From NCBI GenBank assembly GCA_047285805.1, contig JBJBCN010000003.1, positions 32,001 through 96,000 of the forward strand: 64,000 bases of DNA. Reading direction: 5' to 3'. The stretch comes from Synechococcus sp. Lineage in GTDB: Bacteria; Cyanobacteriota; Cyanobacteriia; PCC-6307; Cyanobiaceae. Both the position numbers and the translations under genes were made by a program. Positions 1 through 13,310 of the stretch are shown one piece after another (the first letter of the stretch is position 1; each line of letters starts with the position of its first letter). The notes beneath the pieces are model-generated. The model saw nothing but the letters and a program-made list of their open reading frames with translations. It was not told where the DNA came from and searched no databases.

Positions 1-2376
<2,376 letters not shown>

Positions 2377-2590
2377 AATTAATCCTCCTAACGCTTCAGG
2401 CTGTTGAGGCCCATTCTCTCGAGTTTCTCTTAAAGCATTGCTGCTTGAGTTAGAAACAAGGATCAAACTCCCCGTTCCTCGGCGGATTGGGAAGAACGCT
2501 AGAAGGTCTCGGCTCTCAAAAATAGAATCACTAGTTCTTTCGAACTAGCCTCTATGAGATGCTTTTGTCTTTCCAGACTCACCTATGCAG

Positions 2591-2602
2591 TTGTCAAGGT
2601 TC
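2591..2602 (-). promoter_or_regulatory. ITS boxA antitermination element
   Basis: GAACCTTGACAA on the minus strand between tRNA-Ala and 23S, matching the cyanobacterial ITS boxA. Confidence 0.75.
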
Positions 2603-2777
2603 TGCTAAATCCTCTCTCTTTCGGGAGTGAACTCAGCATCAGCTCAATCTTGACTCAAGTTTGAATCAGCAATGAGCTGAGGCTGAATACATCTGGTAAA
2701 ACCAGTGGATTCTCTGCGAACAACGTCTAGTCACCAACCAAGAAGCTCTTCCTGGCTTAGGAGTTCAGATGTGTTAG

Positions 2778-2850
2778 TGGAGGTTAGCGGACTCGAACCG
2801 CTGACATCCTGCTTGCAAAGCAGGCGCTCTACCAACTGAGCTAAACCCCC
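2778..2850 (-). tRNA. tRNA-Ala(TGC)
   Basis: GGGGGTTTAGCTCAGTTGGTAGAGCGCCTGCTTTGCAAGCAGG...GTTCGAGTCCGCTAACCTCCA cloverleaf in the ITS. Confidence 0.97.
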
Positions 2851-2876
2851 AAATGATCCAAAACTGGATTTTGGAA

Positions 2877-2950
<74 letters not shown>

Positions 2951-3125
2951 AGGAAGTGAACCCTCTATGGGGTGACCTAGACAACGTTTAGGAACTAAAA
3001 ATCAATGAATCAGCAGAGCGAGCTCTCTGACTACTGAAGTTGAGGTACCGATCGACCTAAGGTGACAGGATTTCGGCCTAAGAATAAAAGTACTCAAGCA
3101 TCAAAATCGTTGTTTGTCTCCCTGT

Positions 3126-4608
<1,483 letters not shown>

Positions 4609-4953
4609 TAGATCAAATCCTATTGACTGCTTACGCAATCTCAATCTGATTTGCTTCACCCACAACTCGCACTGGCGCACGGTTGCAGTTGATGCCACTT
4701 CCTCTGACAGAAGCGTTCAAAGAGTGCAAAACAAAATCTCTTTCGTTCAGACTTTCCAGGATCTCAGATCCGGTCGTTGCTCCACTCGCTGCACACCGAC
4801 ACAACCATCAACCGTGAGAGTCGACAATCATGCAAGCAACAAGCTTCCACAACTAAAAAACTTTTGACGGGACCTCACACCCTCACTGCATCTTCGTTAA
4901 CCACAAAACCTTCACCTCTCGGCTCTGGCGGTGACTAACGCAGTGAAAGCGTC

Positions 4954-4980
4954 AGTTCCTAAACGTTCAGTTGTCCAGGT
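4954..4980 (-). other. 16S processing-stem leader arm (pairs with ITS 2975-2996); includes a boxA-like ACCTGGACAA
   Basis: Leader ACCTGGACAACTGAACGTTTAGGAACT is near-complementary to ITS AGTTCCTAAACGTTGTCTAGGT. Confidence 0.75.
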
Positions 4981-5060
4981 GCTCCGATCGCCACACGCTT
5001 CTCAGCTCGACCCTCTCAGGTCTTTCGGGCTCTCGGTCCGCGGCCTCGCGACCGCTTGTT

Positions 5061-5157
5061 GAACTTACATCACCGAGTTCCCTCGGCTTTCAGTTCACTA
5101 GCGGCATCGCTGCCGCCGATCGAACCTACACCACCAAGTTTCCTCGGCTTCCAGTTC
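5061..5157 (-). repeat. Two copies of a 36-nt structured repeat in the rRNA leader (5061-5096 and 5122-5157)
   Basis: 31/36 identical; each copy has a GAAC/GUUC closing stem and a CCGAG-GNRA-CUYGG hairpin. Confidence 0.8.
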
Positions 5158-5194
5158 GCTGCTCACTCACCTCGCGGTTTGCTCGCAGCACATA

Positions 5195-5225
5195 ACCATA
5201 ACACCATCTACCCCTCACTGGTCAA
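5195..5225 (-). promoter_or_regulatory. Putative rRNA operon promoter
   Basis: TTGACC (-35) and extended -10 TGtTATGGT on the minus strand; the 19-nt spacer is long. Confidence 0.4.
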
Positions 5226-5301
5226 GCGTCCTTCCATGGCTGACGAAACCCCAGACTATTTCTAGGGTTTGACAAGAGAGGCGACGAGCGGGAGGCCAGT
5301 C

Positions 5302-6753
5302 TTGGCCAAGCAATTCAGCCAGGAGCGACTTCGCGTCAGACCCAGCTCCCGCGAAGAAGCGGTTGTTGCTGCCGCCGAGGAGCATTTCGAGCGCACTCTG
5401 GTCCGGATTCGCGGCGAGCTCGTTGGATCCGTCGCGGCCCTCTCCCACCCCGGCGGTGGGGATGCAGCCCTGAACTACGACGAGGTCTTCCTGCGGGACA
5501 ACGTTCCCGTGATGCTCTACCTACTGCTGAAGGGCCGCTACCAGATTGTTCGGAACTTCCTCAATATCTCCCTGGAGCTTCAGAGCAGCACCTACCAAAC
5601 CCGCGGCGTATTCCCTACCAGCTTTGTCGAAAAGGGGGAGAAACTCCTTGCCGACTACGGGCAACGCTCCATTGGCCGCATTACCAGTGTCGACGCCACT
5701 CTGTGGTGGCCCGTCCTCTGCTGGCTCTACGTCAAACGCAGCAAGGACTACGAATTCGGCGCCAGTCAGAAAGTACAGCGCAGCATCCAGCTCCTGCTCG
5801 ATCTCGTCCTGCACCCCACCTTTGAGGGCACTCCGGTGCTCTTCGTGCCGGACTGCTCCTTCATGATTGACCGCCCCATGGACGTCTGGGGTGCACCGCT
5901 TGAAGTCGAAGTCCTGCTCTATGGCTGCCTCGGCTGCTGCTGCCAACTCATGGGGCTAGCCCAGCAAAGCCACAACAGCCGCTTGCTCGAGCAACGCCTT
6001 GTCCTGACCAAGCAGTGGAAGTACGACCTACGCCGCTATCTGCTGAAGCACTACTGGGTGACCAGCAAAACCATGCAGGTCCTACGGCGACGCCCCACCG
6101 AGCAATACGGGGAGCAGCAGTCCCTCAATGAATTCAACGTCCAGCCCCAGGTCATCCCCCCCTGGCTGCAGGACTGGCTTGAGGACCGCGGCGGCTATCT
6201 GATCGGCAATATGCGCACCGGCCGGCCAGACTTCCGCTTCTACAGCCTCGGCAACTGCCTCGGCTGCCTGTTTGGACTGATCACCGCCCCCCAGCAACGG
6301 GCGCTCTTCAGACTCGTCCTGCACAACCGCGATGCCCTCATGGCGCAGATGCCCATGCGTATCTGCCATCCGCCACTCGAGGGGGACAAGTGGTCCGAGA
6401 AAACCGGATCCGACCCGAAGAACTGGCCCTGGAGTTATCACAACGGCGGCCACTGGCCGAGCCTGCTCTGGTACCTCGGCGGAGCCGTCCTTCTGCATCA
6501 GCAGCTCTATCCCACGGCCGATGTCCTGCTGATGGGACAGATGCAGGCCATGCTCGAAGAGTGCTACTGGATGCAGCTCAACCAGCTGCCCAGACAGCAG
6601 TGGGCTGAGTACTTCGATGGGCCCACCGGCACCTGGGTCGGGCAACAGGCCCGAACCTATCAGACTTGGACCATAGTCGGTTTCCTCCTCCTGCACCACC
6701 TCCTCAGGGTCAAGACCGACGACGTCGGGATGCTCAACATCAACACACCCTGA
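5302..6753 (+). CDS. Alkaline/neutral invertase (glycoside hydrolase family 100)
   Basis: LNYDEVFLRD, DYGQRSIGRITSVD, MIDRPMDV and KNWPWSYHNGGHWP motifs; TTG start at 5302 follows GGGAGG (ORF track starts at 5269). Confidence 0.92.
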   Translation: MAKQFSQERLRVRPSSREEAVVAAAEEHFERTLVRIRGELVGSVAALSHPGGGDAALNYDEVFLRDNVPVMLYLLLKGRYQIVRNFLNISLELQSSTYQTRGVFPTSFVEKGEKLLADYGQRSIGRITSVDATLWWPVLCWLYVKRSKDYEFGASQKVQRSIQLLLDLVLHPTFEGTPVLFVPDCSFMIDRPMDVWGAPLEVEVLLYGCLGCCCQLMGLAQQSHNSRLLEQRLVLTKQWKYDLRRYLLKHYWVTSKTMQVLRRRPTEQYGEQQSLNEFNVQPQVIPPWLQDWLEDRGGYLIGNMRTGRPDFRFYSLGNCLGCLFGLITAPQQRALFRLVLHNRDALMAQMPMRICHPPLEGDKWSEKTGSDPKNWPWSYHNGGHWPSLLWYLGGAVLLHQQLYPTADVLLMGQMQAMLEECYWMQLNQLPRQQWAEYFDGPTGTWVGQQARTYQTWTIVGFLLLHHLLRVKTDDVGMLNINTP

Positions 6754-6763
6754 GTCCAGACGT

Positions 6764-6794
6764 AAAAAAGCCCCGGAGTTCAACCGAGGCTTTT
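6764..6794. terminator. Bidirectional intrinsic terminator between invertase and petD
   Basis: AAAAAAGCCCCGG-AGTTCAA-CCGAGGCTTTT. Confidence 0.75.
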
Positions 6795-6818
6795 GAGCTG
6801 CGGAGATGCAGATCCGAT

Positions 6819-7301
6819 TCAGAACAGGCCGAGGGTCAGGGATTTGTCGATCGGCAGAGCAGCGCCAATGCCCAGGTAGATCGTGAACACGGTGCCGAAC
6901 AGGAAGGCACCCATGGCCACGGGACGGCGGAAGGGGTTCTGGAACTTGTTGAAGCTCTCAATAAAGGGAATCAACATCAGACCCAGAGGAATCATGGTCT
7001 GCAGGGCGATACCCAGCAGCTTGTTGGGCACTACACGCAAGATCTGGAAAACCGGGTACAGGTACCACTCGGGAAGGATTTCCAGAGGAGTAGCGAACGG
7101 ATCAGCCTTATCGCCCAGCATCGCGGGGTCGAGAACAGCTAGGCCCACCAGGCAAGCCAGGGTTCCCAGGATCACCACCGGGAAGATGTAGAGCAGATCG
7201 TTCGGCCAGGCCGGCTCTCCGTAATAGTTGTGGCCCATGCCTTTGGCGAGCTTGGCCCGCAGCTTGGGATCACTGAGATCTGGCTTCTTAAGGATGTGCA
7301 T
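6819..7301 (-). CDS. petD: Cytochrome b6f complex subunit IV
   Basis: [18 protein letters not shown] and PEWY motifs; 160 aa. Confidence 0.99.
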   Translation of the reverse strand: MHILKKPDLSDPKLRAKLAKGMGHNYYGEPAWPNDLLYIFPVVILGTLACLVGLAVLDPAMLGDKADPFATPLEILPEWYLYPVFQILRVVPNKLLGIALQTMIPLGLMLIPFIESFNKFQNPFRRPVAMGAFLFGTVFTIYLGIGAALPIDKSLTLGLF

Positions 7302-7425
7302 GAGAGTGACCGGCGTAAGGGTCGTTTATTTCCCAGTGAAAGAAGGCTAGAAACCGCCCTGGGTTTGGCGGAGCCGTCAAAAGAGAGCCGTCAGGGATCG
7401 CAACAAAGCTATCCCCAGGCTGAGA

Positions 7426-8106
7426 TCACAAAGGGCCGGATATGCCCTGTTTCCGGATCATCAGGAAGTGCATGAGCATGAACACCGCCAACAGCCAAGG
7501 CATCACAAAGGTGTGAAGGCTGTAGAAGCGAGTGAGGGTGGCCTGACCAACGCTCTCGCCGCCGCGGAGCAGCTCAACCATGAAGTCACCGACCACAGGG
7601 ACAGCAGCGGGGACGCCCGAAACAATCTTCACGGCCCAGTAACCGACCTGGTCCCAAGGGAGGGAATAACCAGTCACACCAAAGGACACAGTTATCACGG
7701 CCATAGTGACGCCGGTGATCCAGGTGAGCTCACGGGGACGCTTGAAACCTCCCGTCAGATACACGCGGAAGACGTGCAGGATCAGCATCAGCACCATCAT
7801 CGAAGCGCTCCAGCGGTGGACGGAGCGGATCAGCCATCCAAAGCTGACGTCGGTCATCAGGTACTGCACCGAGGCATAGGCCTCAGCCACGGTCGGCTTG
7901 TAATAGAAGGTCATCGCGAAGCCGGTCGCGAACTGCACTAGAAAACAGACCAGGGTGATGCCACCCAGGCAATAAAAGATGTTGACGTGGGGCGGAACGT
8001 ACTTCGAGGCGACGTCGTCAACGATGTCCTGGATGTCCAGGCGCTCGTTGAACCAGTCATAGACGGGCGATGACTTTCCGCCGGCGGCGGGTGAGGAGTT
8101 CGCCAT
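7426..8106 (-). CDS. petB: Cytochrome b6
   Basis: [40 protein letters not shown]. Confidence 0.99.
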   Translation of the reverse strand: MANSSPAAGGKSSPVYDWFNERLDIQDIVDDVASKYVPPHVNIFYCLGGITLVCFLVQFATGFAMTFYYKPTVAEAYASVQYLMTDVSFGWLIRSVHRWSASMMVLMLILHVFRVYLTGGFKRPRELTWITGVTMAVITVSFGVTGYSLPWDQVGYWAVKIVSGVPAAVPVVGDFMVELLRGGESVGQATLTRFYSLHTFVMPWLLAVFMLMHFLMIRKQGISGPL

Positions 8107-8156
8107 GCAGCGATTGGGTTTGGTTGGCAGAGTCTACCGATCACCTCCTGCCGCAC

Positions 8157-9428
8157 GTGAGCGCGACGCCGCTTGTGACATCACCGCCACAAAAAACGAC
8201 TCCGCGGCGCTCCAAGGGGCTCGGATCCATTGCAGCTATTGGACTTTCCTGGATTCTCAGCCTCTGGCTGACCGCGGCCCCGGCCCTGGCCCTCAACGAT
8301 GGCCAACAACTCGTGGTCGAGAGCTGGCGCCTGGTGAACCAGAGCTACGTAGATCCAGACCGCTTCGAAACCATCCATTGGAAACGGCTCCGGCAAAAGG
8401 CCTTGGAGCGCTCCATCCAAAGCAGCGCCGATGCCTATGACGCCATTGAGGCGATGCTCGCGCCCATTGGCGATCCCTACACCCGCCTGCTCAGGCCCGC
8501 CGACTTCGTCACCCTCAAAGCCAATACAGAAGGAAGCGTCAGCGGTGTTGGCCTGCAGCTGGGGATCCGTCAGGACGACACGGCCATCGTCGTCATTGCC
8601 CCCCTCGAGGGGTCGCCCGCCGCAGAAGCGAGCATCAGCAGCGCCAGCATGCTCAGCCAGGTCGACGGCATCAGCACCGCCGAGCTCGGGTTGGAAGCCA
8701 CGGCCGCACGACTGCGGGGGCAAGAAGGAACGTCGGTTCTGCTGCAGCTGATCACCCCGAGCGGCAAGCACCAAGAGGTGGAACTCAAGCGCCGGCAGGT
8801 GAATCTGCGGCCCGTGCGCAGTCGCCTACTCGATGCCGCCGGCCATCGCTTGGGCTACATCCGCATCACGCAATTCGCCGAGCCGGTGCCCCAGGAGCTG
8901 GCCAAAGCACTGGAGGACCTGGAGTCCAAGGGGATTGACGGTCTGATCCTGGATCTCAGGAACAACTCGGGGGGCCTGGTCAGTGCCGGCCTGGCCGTTG
9001 CCAACGTCTTTTTGGATGGCGGGCCCATCGTGGAAACACAAAACCGAGACGGATTTAGCGATGCCCAGCAGGCCAACATCGGCCAGCTCTATGGCGGGCC
9101 GATGTTGACCCTCGTCAATGGCGGCACCGCCAGCGCCAGCGAAATCCTGGCTGGCGCACTGCAGGACGATGAGCGCTCTGCGTTGCTGGGCAGCCGCACC
9201 TTTGGCAAAGGTCTGATCCAGACCCTGATTGGCCTCGGGGGAGATGGCAGCGGACTGGCCGTCACGGTGGCCCGCTACCTCACCCCGAGCGGCCGGGACA
9301 TCCAAAACTTGGGAATCGAGCCCAACCAGCTCTTGGCGGATCCTGAACCACTCAACCCCGGCGGCGATGGAGACACCTGGCTCGAGGTGGCTGTCCATCA
9401 GCTCGAAGAACAGATCGAGGCCGGATGA
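8157..9428 (+). CDS. ctpA: C-terminal processing protease (S41 family, PDZ domain)
   Basis: DPYT, GVGL (PDZ), DLRNNSGG, TASASEI, TFGKG; start approximate (GTG 8157). Confidence 0.88.
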   Translation: MSATPLVTSPPQKTTPRRSKGLGSIAAIGLSWILSLWLTAAPALALNDGQQLVVESWRLVNQSYVDPDRFETIHWKRLRQKALERSIQSSADAYDAIEAMLAPIGDPYTRLLRPADFVTLKANTEGSVSGVGLQLGIRQDDTAIVVIAPLEGSPAAEASISSASMLSQVDGISTAELGLEATAARLRGQEGTSVLLQLITPSGKHQEVELKRRQVNLRPVRSRLLDAAGHRLGYIRITQFAEPVPQELAKALEDLESKGIDGLILDLRNNSGGLVSAGLAVANVFLDGGPIVETQNRDGFSDAQQANIGQLYGGPMLTLVNGGTASASEILAGALQDDERSALLGSRTFGKGLIQTLIGLGGDGSGLAVTVARYLTPSGRDIQNLGIEPNQLLADPEPLNPGGDGDTWLEVAVHQLEEQIEAG

Positions 9429-10687
9429 GCGCCCGCACTTATCACGATCCACTGCACGGGGCGATCCGTCTGTCCCGGCAGGAGCCTGCGGAAGCCCTCG
9501 CGATTGACCTGGTCGATACGCCGGTCTTTCAGCGCCTGAGGCGCATTCGGCAACTCGGGCCGGCCTACCTGACCTTCCACGGGGCCGAATCCAGTCGGTT
9601 CACCCACTCCCTCGGAGTGCTGCAACTCGCCCGCCAGGCCCTGGGGAACTTGGGGCGCAGCCATGCAGAGCTGACCGAGCACCAGGGGGTGCTCTACGCC
9701 GCGGCCCTGCTGCACGACGTCGGCCATGGCCCGCTCAGCCACACCGGCGAAGAAATGTATGGGCTACACCATGAGAGCTGGTCCAGCCGCCTAATCCGCG
9801 AGCACCCCGCGCTGCGGGAGCCTCTCGAGGCCTTTGCGCCGGGGACCGCGGATCACGTGGCGGACCTGCTCGAGCACGGCCGCTATCGCAATCCCGCGAT
9901 CAAGGCACTCGTCAGCAGCCAGCTCGACTGCGATCGCCTCGATTACCTCCTGCGCGACAGCTACAACACCGGTGCGAGCTACGGGGTCCTCGACCTCGAG
10001 CGCATCCTCGCCAGCCTGACCCTCGCCCCCGACGGCCAACTCGCCCTGCAGCCAAAGGGGCTCATGGCGGTGGAGCACTACCTCGTGGTGCGCAACCTGA
10101 TGTACCGGAGCGTCTACAACCACCGCCTCAATGTGGTCTGCAATTGGCTCCTGAACCGCACCATCGCGCTCGCCCGCGAGCTCGGTCCAGGTCAGGTCTG
10201 GGCCGATGCGGTGATGGAGCACTGGCTTTGGGACCCGAAACACCTGGATCTCGAAGCGTTCCTTGGCAATGACGACGTCCGCACGGGGTACCACCTGCAG
10301 CGCTGGCTCGAGGAGGGACCGGCCCCACTGCAACAGCTCTGCAGCCGGGTCATCAACCGGGAACTGCTGCGGGCCTCGGATCTGAGCCAGCTGCCCCAGG
10401 AGAAACGCCTCAGCCTGCTGGCCAAAGCCCAGACCCTGAGCGAAGCCGCAGGACTACGCCCCGACCTCTGTTGCGGCCTGCACCAGCAGAGCAACCACGG
10501 TTATCACCCCTATAAAGGTGGGCTCAGGCTCTGGGATGGCCATCAACTGGGGGCCATTGAGCAGCGCTCAGCCCTGATTCGGAGCTTGATCCAACCCACC
10601 CAAACCGCCTGGCTGATTCACCCGCCTGAAATCACGCCAGCGATCCGCGAGGCCCTGACCCTGGAACTTGGGGCTGGAGATTCCTAA
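9425..10687 (+). CDS. HD-domain phosphohydrolase (dNTPase-like)
   Basis: FQRLRRIRQLG, RFTHSLG, LLHDVGHGPLSH, DCDRLDYL. Confidence 0.88.
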   Translation: MSARTYHDPLHGAIRLSRQEPAEALAIDLVDTPVFQRLRRIRQLGPAYLTFHGAESSRFTHSLGVLQLARQALGNLGRSHAELTEHQGVLYAAALLHDVGHGPLSHTGEEMYGLHHESWSSRLIREHPALREPLEAFAPGTADHVADLLEHGRYRNPAIKALVSSQLDCDRLDYLLRDSYNTGASYGVLDLERILASLTLAPDGQLALQPKGLMAVEHYLVVRNLMYRSVYNHRLNVVCNWLLNRTIALARELGPGQVWADAVMEHWLWDPKHLDLEAFLGNDDVRTGYHLQRWLEEGPAPLQQLCSRVINRELLRASDLSQLPQEKRLSLLAKAQTLSEAAGLRPDLCCGLHQQSNHGYHPYKGGLRLWDGHQLGAIEQRSALIRSLIQPTQTAWLIHPPEITPAIREALTLELGAGDS

Positions 10688-10697
10688 CTTGCACGCC

Positions 10698-11348
10698 ATG
10701 CAGGCCGCCCCCCGTCGCTTCATTCTCAAACCACTTCGTCAGGCGGAGGCCTCAGCCCTGGAGGAAGTGGGGTCGCAACTCGGGGCGGTCGAGGGCAGCG
10801 GTACGGCTGTGCTGGTCTGTGATGACCGCCCCCTGAACCTGCCGGAACTGCGGGCCATTGCGGAGCGGCTCGAACAAGCCGCGTGGCCGCTGCTGCGCGT
10901 CGAGGCACGCGAAGCCCTCAGCCTGGTGCCCGCCGCAGCGCTTGGGCTCGAAACAGCGCTGATCGGCGACCAACGAGAGGGGATTCAGGCGGAACCGGAC
11001 AGTAGGAATCTGACCATTCATCGCGGCACCCTGCGGTCGGGGGACCACCTGCAGGTCGAGGGCTCGCTGCTGGTGCTCGGCGATGTGAACCCAGGGGCGC
11101 GGGTCAGCGCTGGTGGGGATGTCAGGGTCTGGGGGAGGCTGCGGGGCATCGCCCATGCCGGCCAGGCGGGCAACACCGCGGCCCGGATCGTGGCCCTGCA
11201 GCTGCGGCCGCTTCAACTGCGCATTGCTGATGCCGTCGCCCGCGGGCCCGAGGATGTCCCCCCACCTGGATTCAGCGAGGAAGCCCTGCTGCTCGAGGGG
11301 GCGATTGCCATCCGCCCGGCCGAACCGCTCTGGCCCCAGGACAGCTAA
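10698..11348 (+). CDS. minC: Septum site-determining protein MinC
   Basis: TLRSGD, LGDVNPGA, VWGRLRGIAHAG beta-helix motifs. Confidence 0.92.
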   Translation: MQAAPRRFILKPLRQAEASALEEVGSQLGAVEGSGTAVLVCDDRPLNLPELRAIAERLEQAAWPLLRVEAREALSLVPAAALGLETALIGDQREGIQAEPDSRNLTIHRGTLRSGDHLQVEGSLLVLGDVNPGARVSAGGDVRVWGRLRGIAHAGQAGNTAARIVALQLRPLQLRIADAVARGPEDVPPPGFSEEALLLEGAIAIRPAEPLWPQDS

Positions 11349-11903
11349 CGGTTCACCAAGCCCAAGACGCCCAAGCCAGCGGCCACGGCCATGAACCAGA
11401 GGGGAGAGATCTTGGTGCACAGCATCAAGAAACAGACCACCGCCGAGACCGCATAGGCCGGTGTGTCGTGATCAGGGATGCGGAGGATCTTCAGGCCAAC
11501 CGCGAAGAGCACGACCAGGGTGATCGGCCCCATCGCCCGTTCGAAGGCCAAGCGAAACGGTGAGGTCTTGAAGCGGCTCCAGCTCAAGGCCGCGATCACC
11601 ATCAACAAGGTCGAGGGCAGCAGGATCGCGACCTCCGCCATAACCCCACTGAGCAGCGCCCAAAAGGGACCCTCCTCAAAGGCCGCCCCCATGCCGAGCA
11701 AGCCGAGGATCATCGAGGTCGGGCCCGGAGCACCCTCAGCGATGGCGTAGATCTCGGCGAACTGCTGGGAGCTGAGCCAGCAGCGTGTTCCACTCACCTA
11801 GGGAAAACAGCGAGAGGCTCAGGAAATCCCAGATAACGGCGATCAGGTTGCGCCAATGCCCCAGATGGGCGGGTTAGCAGACCGCAGCCAGAAGAAGGGT
11901 CAT
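11345..11903 (-). pseudogene. Short-chain chromate-ion transporter (CHR family), second subunit; disrupted
   Basis: ATG at 11903, in-frame TAA at 11874-11876; FLSLSLFSLG shifts frame near 11780 into WLSSQQFAEIYAIAEGAPGP (CHR signature). Confidence 0.85.
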
Positions 11904-12434
11904 GGCTTTCTCGGCCAGTACCAGGCCATGGCCAAGGGACCCGCCACCAGCACCAAGGGCACCAGGCGAACGTTGCAGACGGTCATCGCCACAAAACTGA
12001 TGGCCGCCAGCAACAGGGCGACCCGGTCGTGGAGATATGCCGCGGCAATCTTGAAGCCCATCGAGAGGGCCATGCCTGCAGAGGCCTTAATCAATCCCGC
12101 CAGGAGACGATCCGTCGCCATCGACGTGTGCAGGTAGTAGTAGGCGAGTCCCAGGCCCATCAGCACGCTGAAGGGCAGCAGCAAGATCCCCGCCAAGGCC
12201 GCCAAGGCTCCACCTAAGCCGCGGAAATGGCTACCGATGTAGATCGCCATGTTGATCTGGTTCGGTCGAGGGAAGAGGCACGCGACCGTCAGAACAGTGA
12301 CGAACTCCTGCTTGCTCATACAGGCCTTGTCTTCCACGACGATCCGCTCGCTCCACGCCTAGAGCCCGCCTCCCAATGAGGGGAGGGCCACCTGCTGCAT
12401 GCCCCAGAACAATTGCCAATGGGTGGGGGGGCAT
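11900..12434 (-). pseudogene. Short-chain chromate-ion transporter (CHR family), first subunit; disrupted
   Basis: ATG at 12434, frameshift in the C7 run (12425-12431), then WQLFWG...SLGGGL*AWSERIVVED..MSKQEF...FPRPNQINMAIYIG with in-frame TAG at 12359-12361. Confidence 0.85.
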
Positions 12435-13231
12435 CAGTCGTGCACGAAGTGGGGGTCGGGCGGCAGCTCACCCTCCTCGTGATAAGCGGGATCGAGGGGG
12501 TCAGGGGCGCTGTACTTCTTGGCGGCCTCCCAGTCGGCGTTGAACGTCTCGGACAACCGAGCGATGACGTCCGGTGCATCCACCCCAATGCCCAATTCGC
12601 GGCGGAGATCAAAGGCACTGCGGTCGATGTTCATCGATCCGGTCATCGCGGCCTGCTCATCCACCAAGATCAACTTGGTGTGCTGAATCCGCAGGGTCGC
12701 CTGGGCGCTATCGATGACCCGGGCGATCTGCCCGCGGCTGTGAACATTGCTCCAAACCAAGCCCACATCAAAGCGCGGGTCGAAGGCCCGGCGTTCCCAG
12801 TCGGCTTCAAAACCCGCGACCACCTGCTCGATGACGAGCGAGTCCTGGCTGATGACGCCTTAATTACGGGTTTCCCTGAAGTACTTGTCCGAGAGGTTGA
12901 AGGTGGCAATCAGGGCGGGATGGCCATCGATGACCATGGATTTCTCATGGGTGACCGGGAAGTGATCGCTGGTCCAGGCCCCCTCCACACCCCAGCTCTC
13001 AAGCAGGGCGTAGGCCTCGTCGTTCCAGCAGTCACCGCCGGAGGTGTGGGGATTGAGCATCACGCGGATCCGCACACACCGTTGCTGTGCGCGAAGGAGG
13101 GCCTGCTCGACGGCCTCGCTCTAGAACTTGAACTGCTTGATCAGCAGTTGGGACTGGGCCCGATCAATCAACGCAACGACCACCTCAGCCCCGTCATCAG
13201 GCATCACGAGAAGACGCTGACTGGCTGCCAT
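12434..13231 (-). pseudogene. Phospholipase D/cardiolipin synthase-like protein with two HKD motifs; disrupted
   Basis: One frame from ATG 13231 (MAASQRLLVMPDDG) with stops TAG 13121-13123 and TAA 12860-12862; motifs HEKSMVID and HTKLILVD...TGSMN. Confidence 0.87.
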
Positions 13232-13310
13232 GGCGGCCTAGAGATGACGTCTGATTTCTATAGGGAAACGGCTGGATTGGCCTTAACCTTCATCCACGTT
13301 TCGGTGCGCT

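Noticed and set aside
5061..5157. 36-nt repeat pair as a mini-CRISPR array
   Set aside because: Only two imperfect copies with a 25-nt hairpin spacer, inside the rRNA leader, with no cas genes in the window.
8065..8106. Short N-terminal extension of PetB ([11 protein letters not shown])
   Set aside because: Cyanobacterial PetB N termini vary in length; no evidence of special function.
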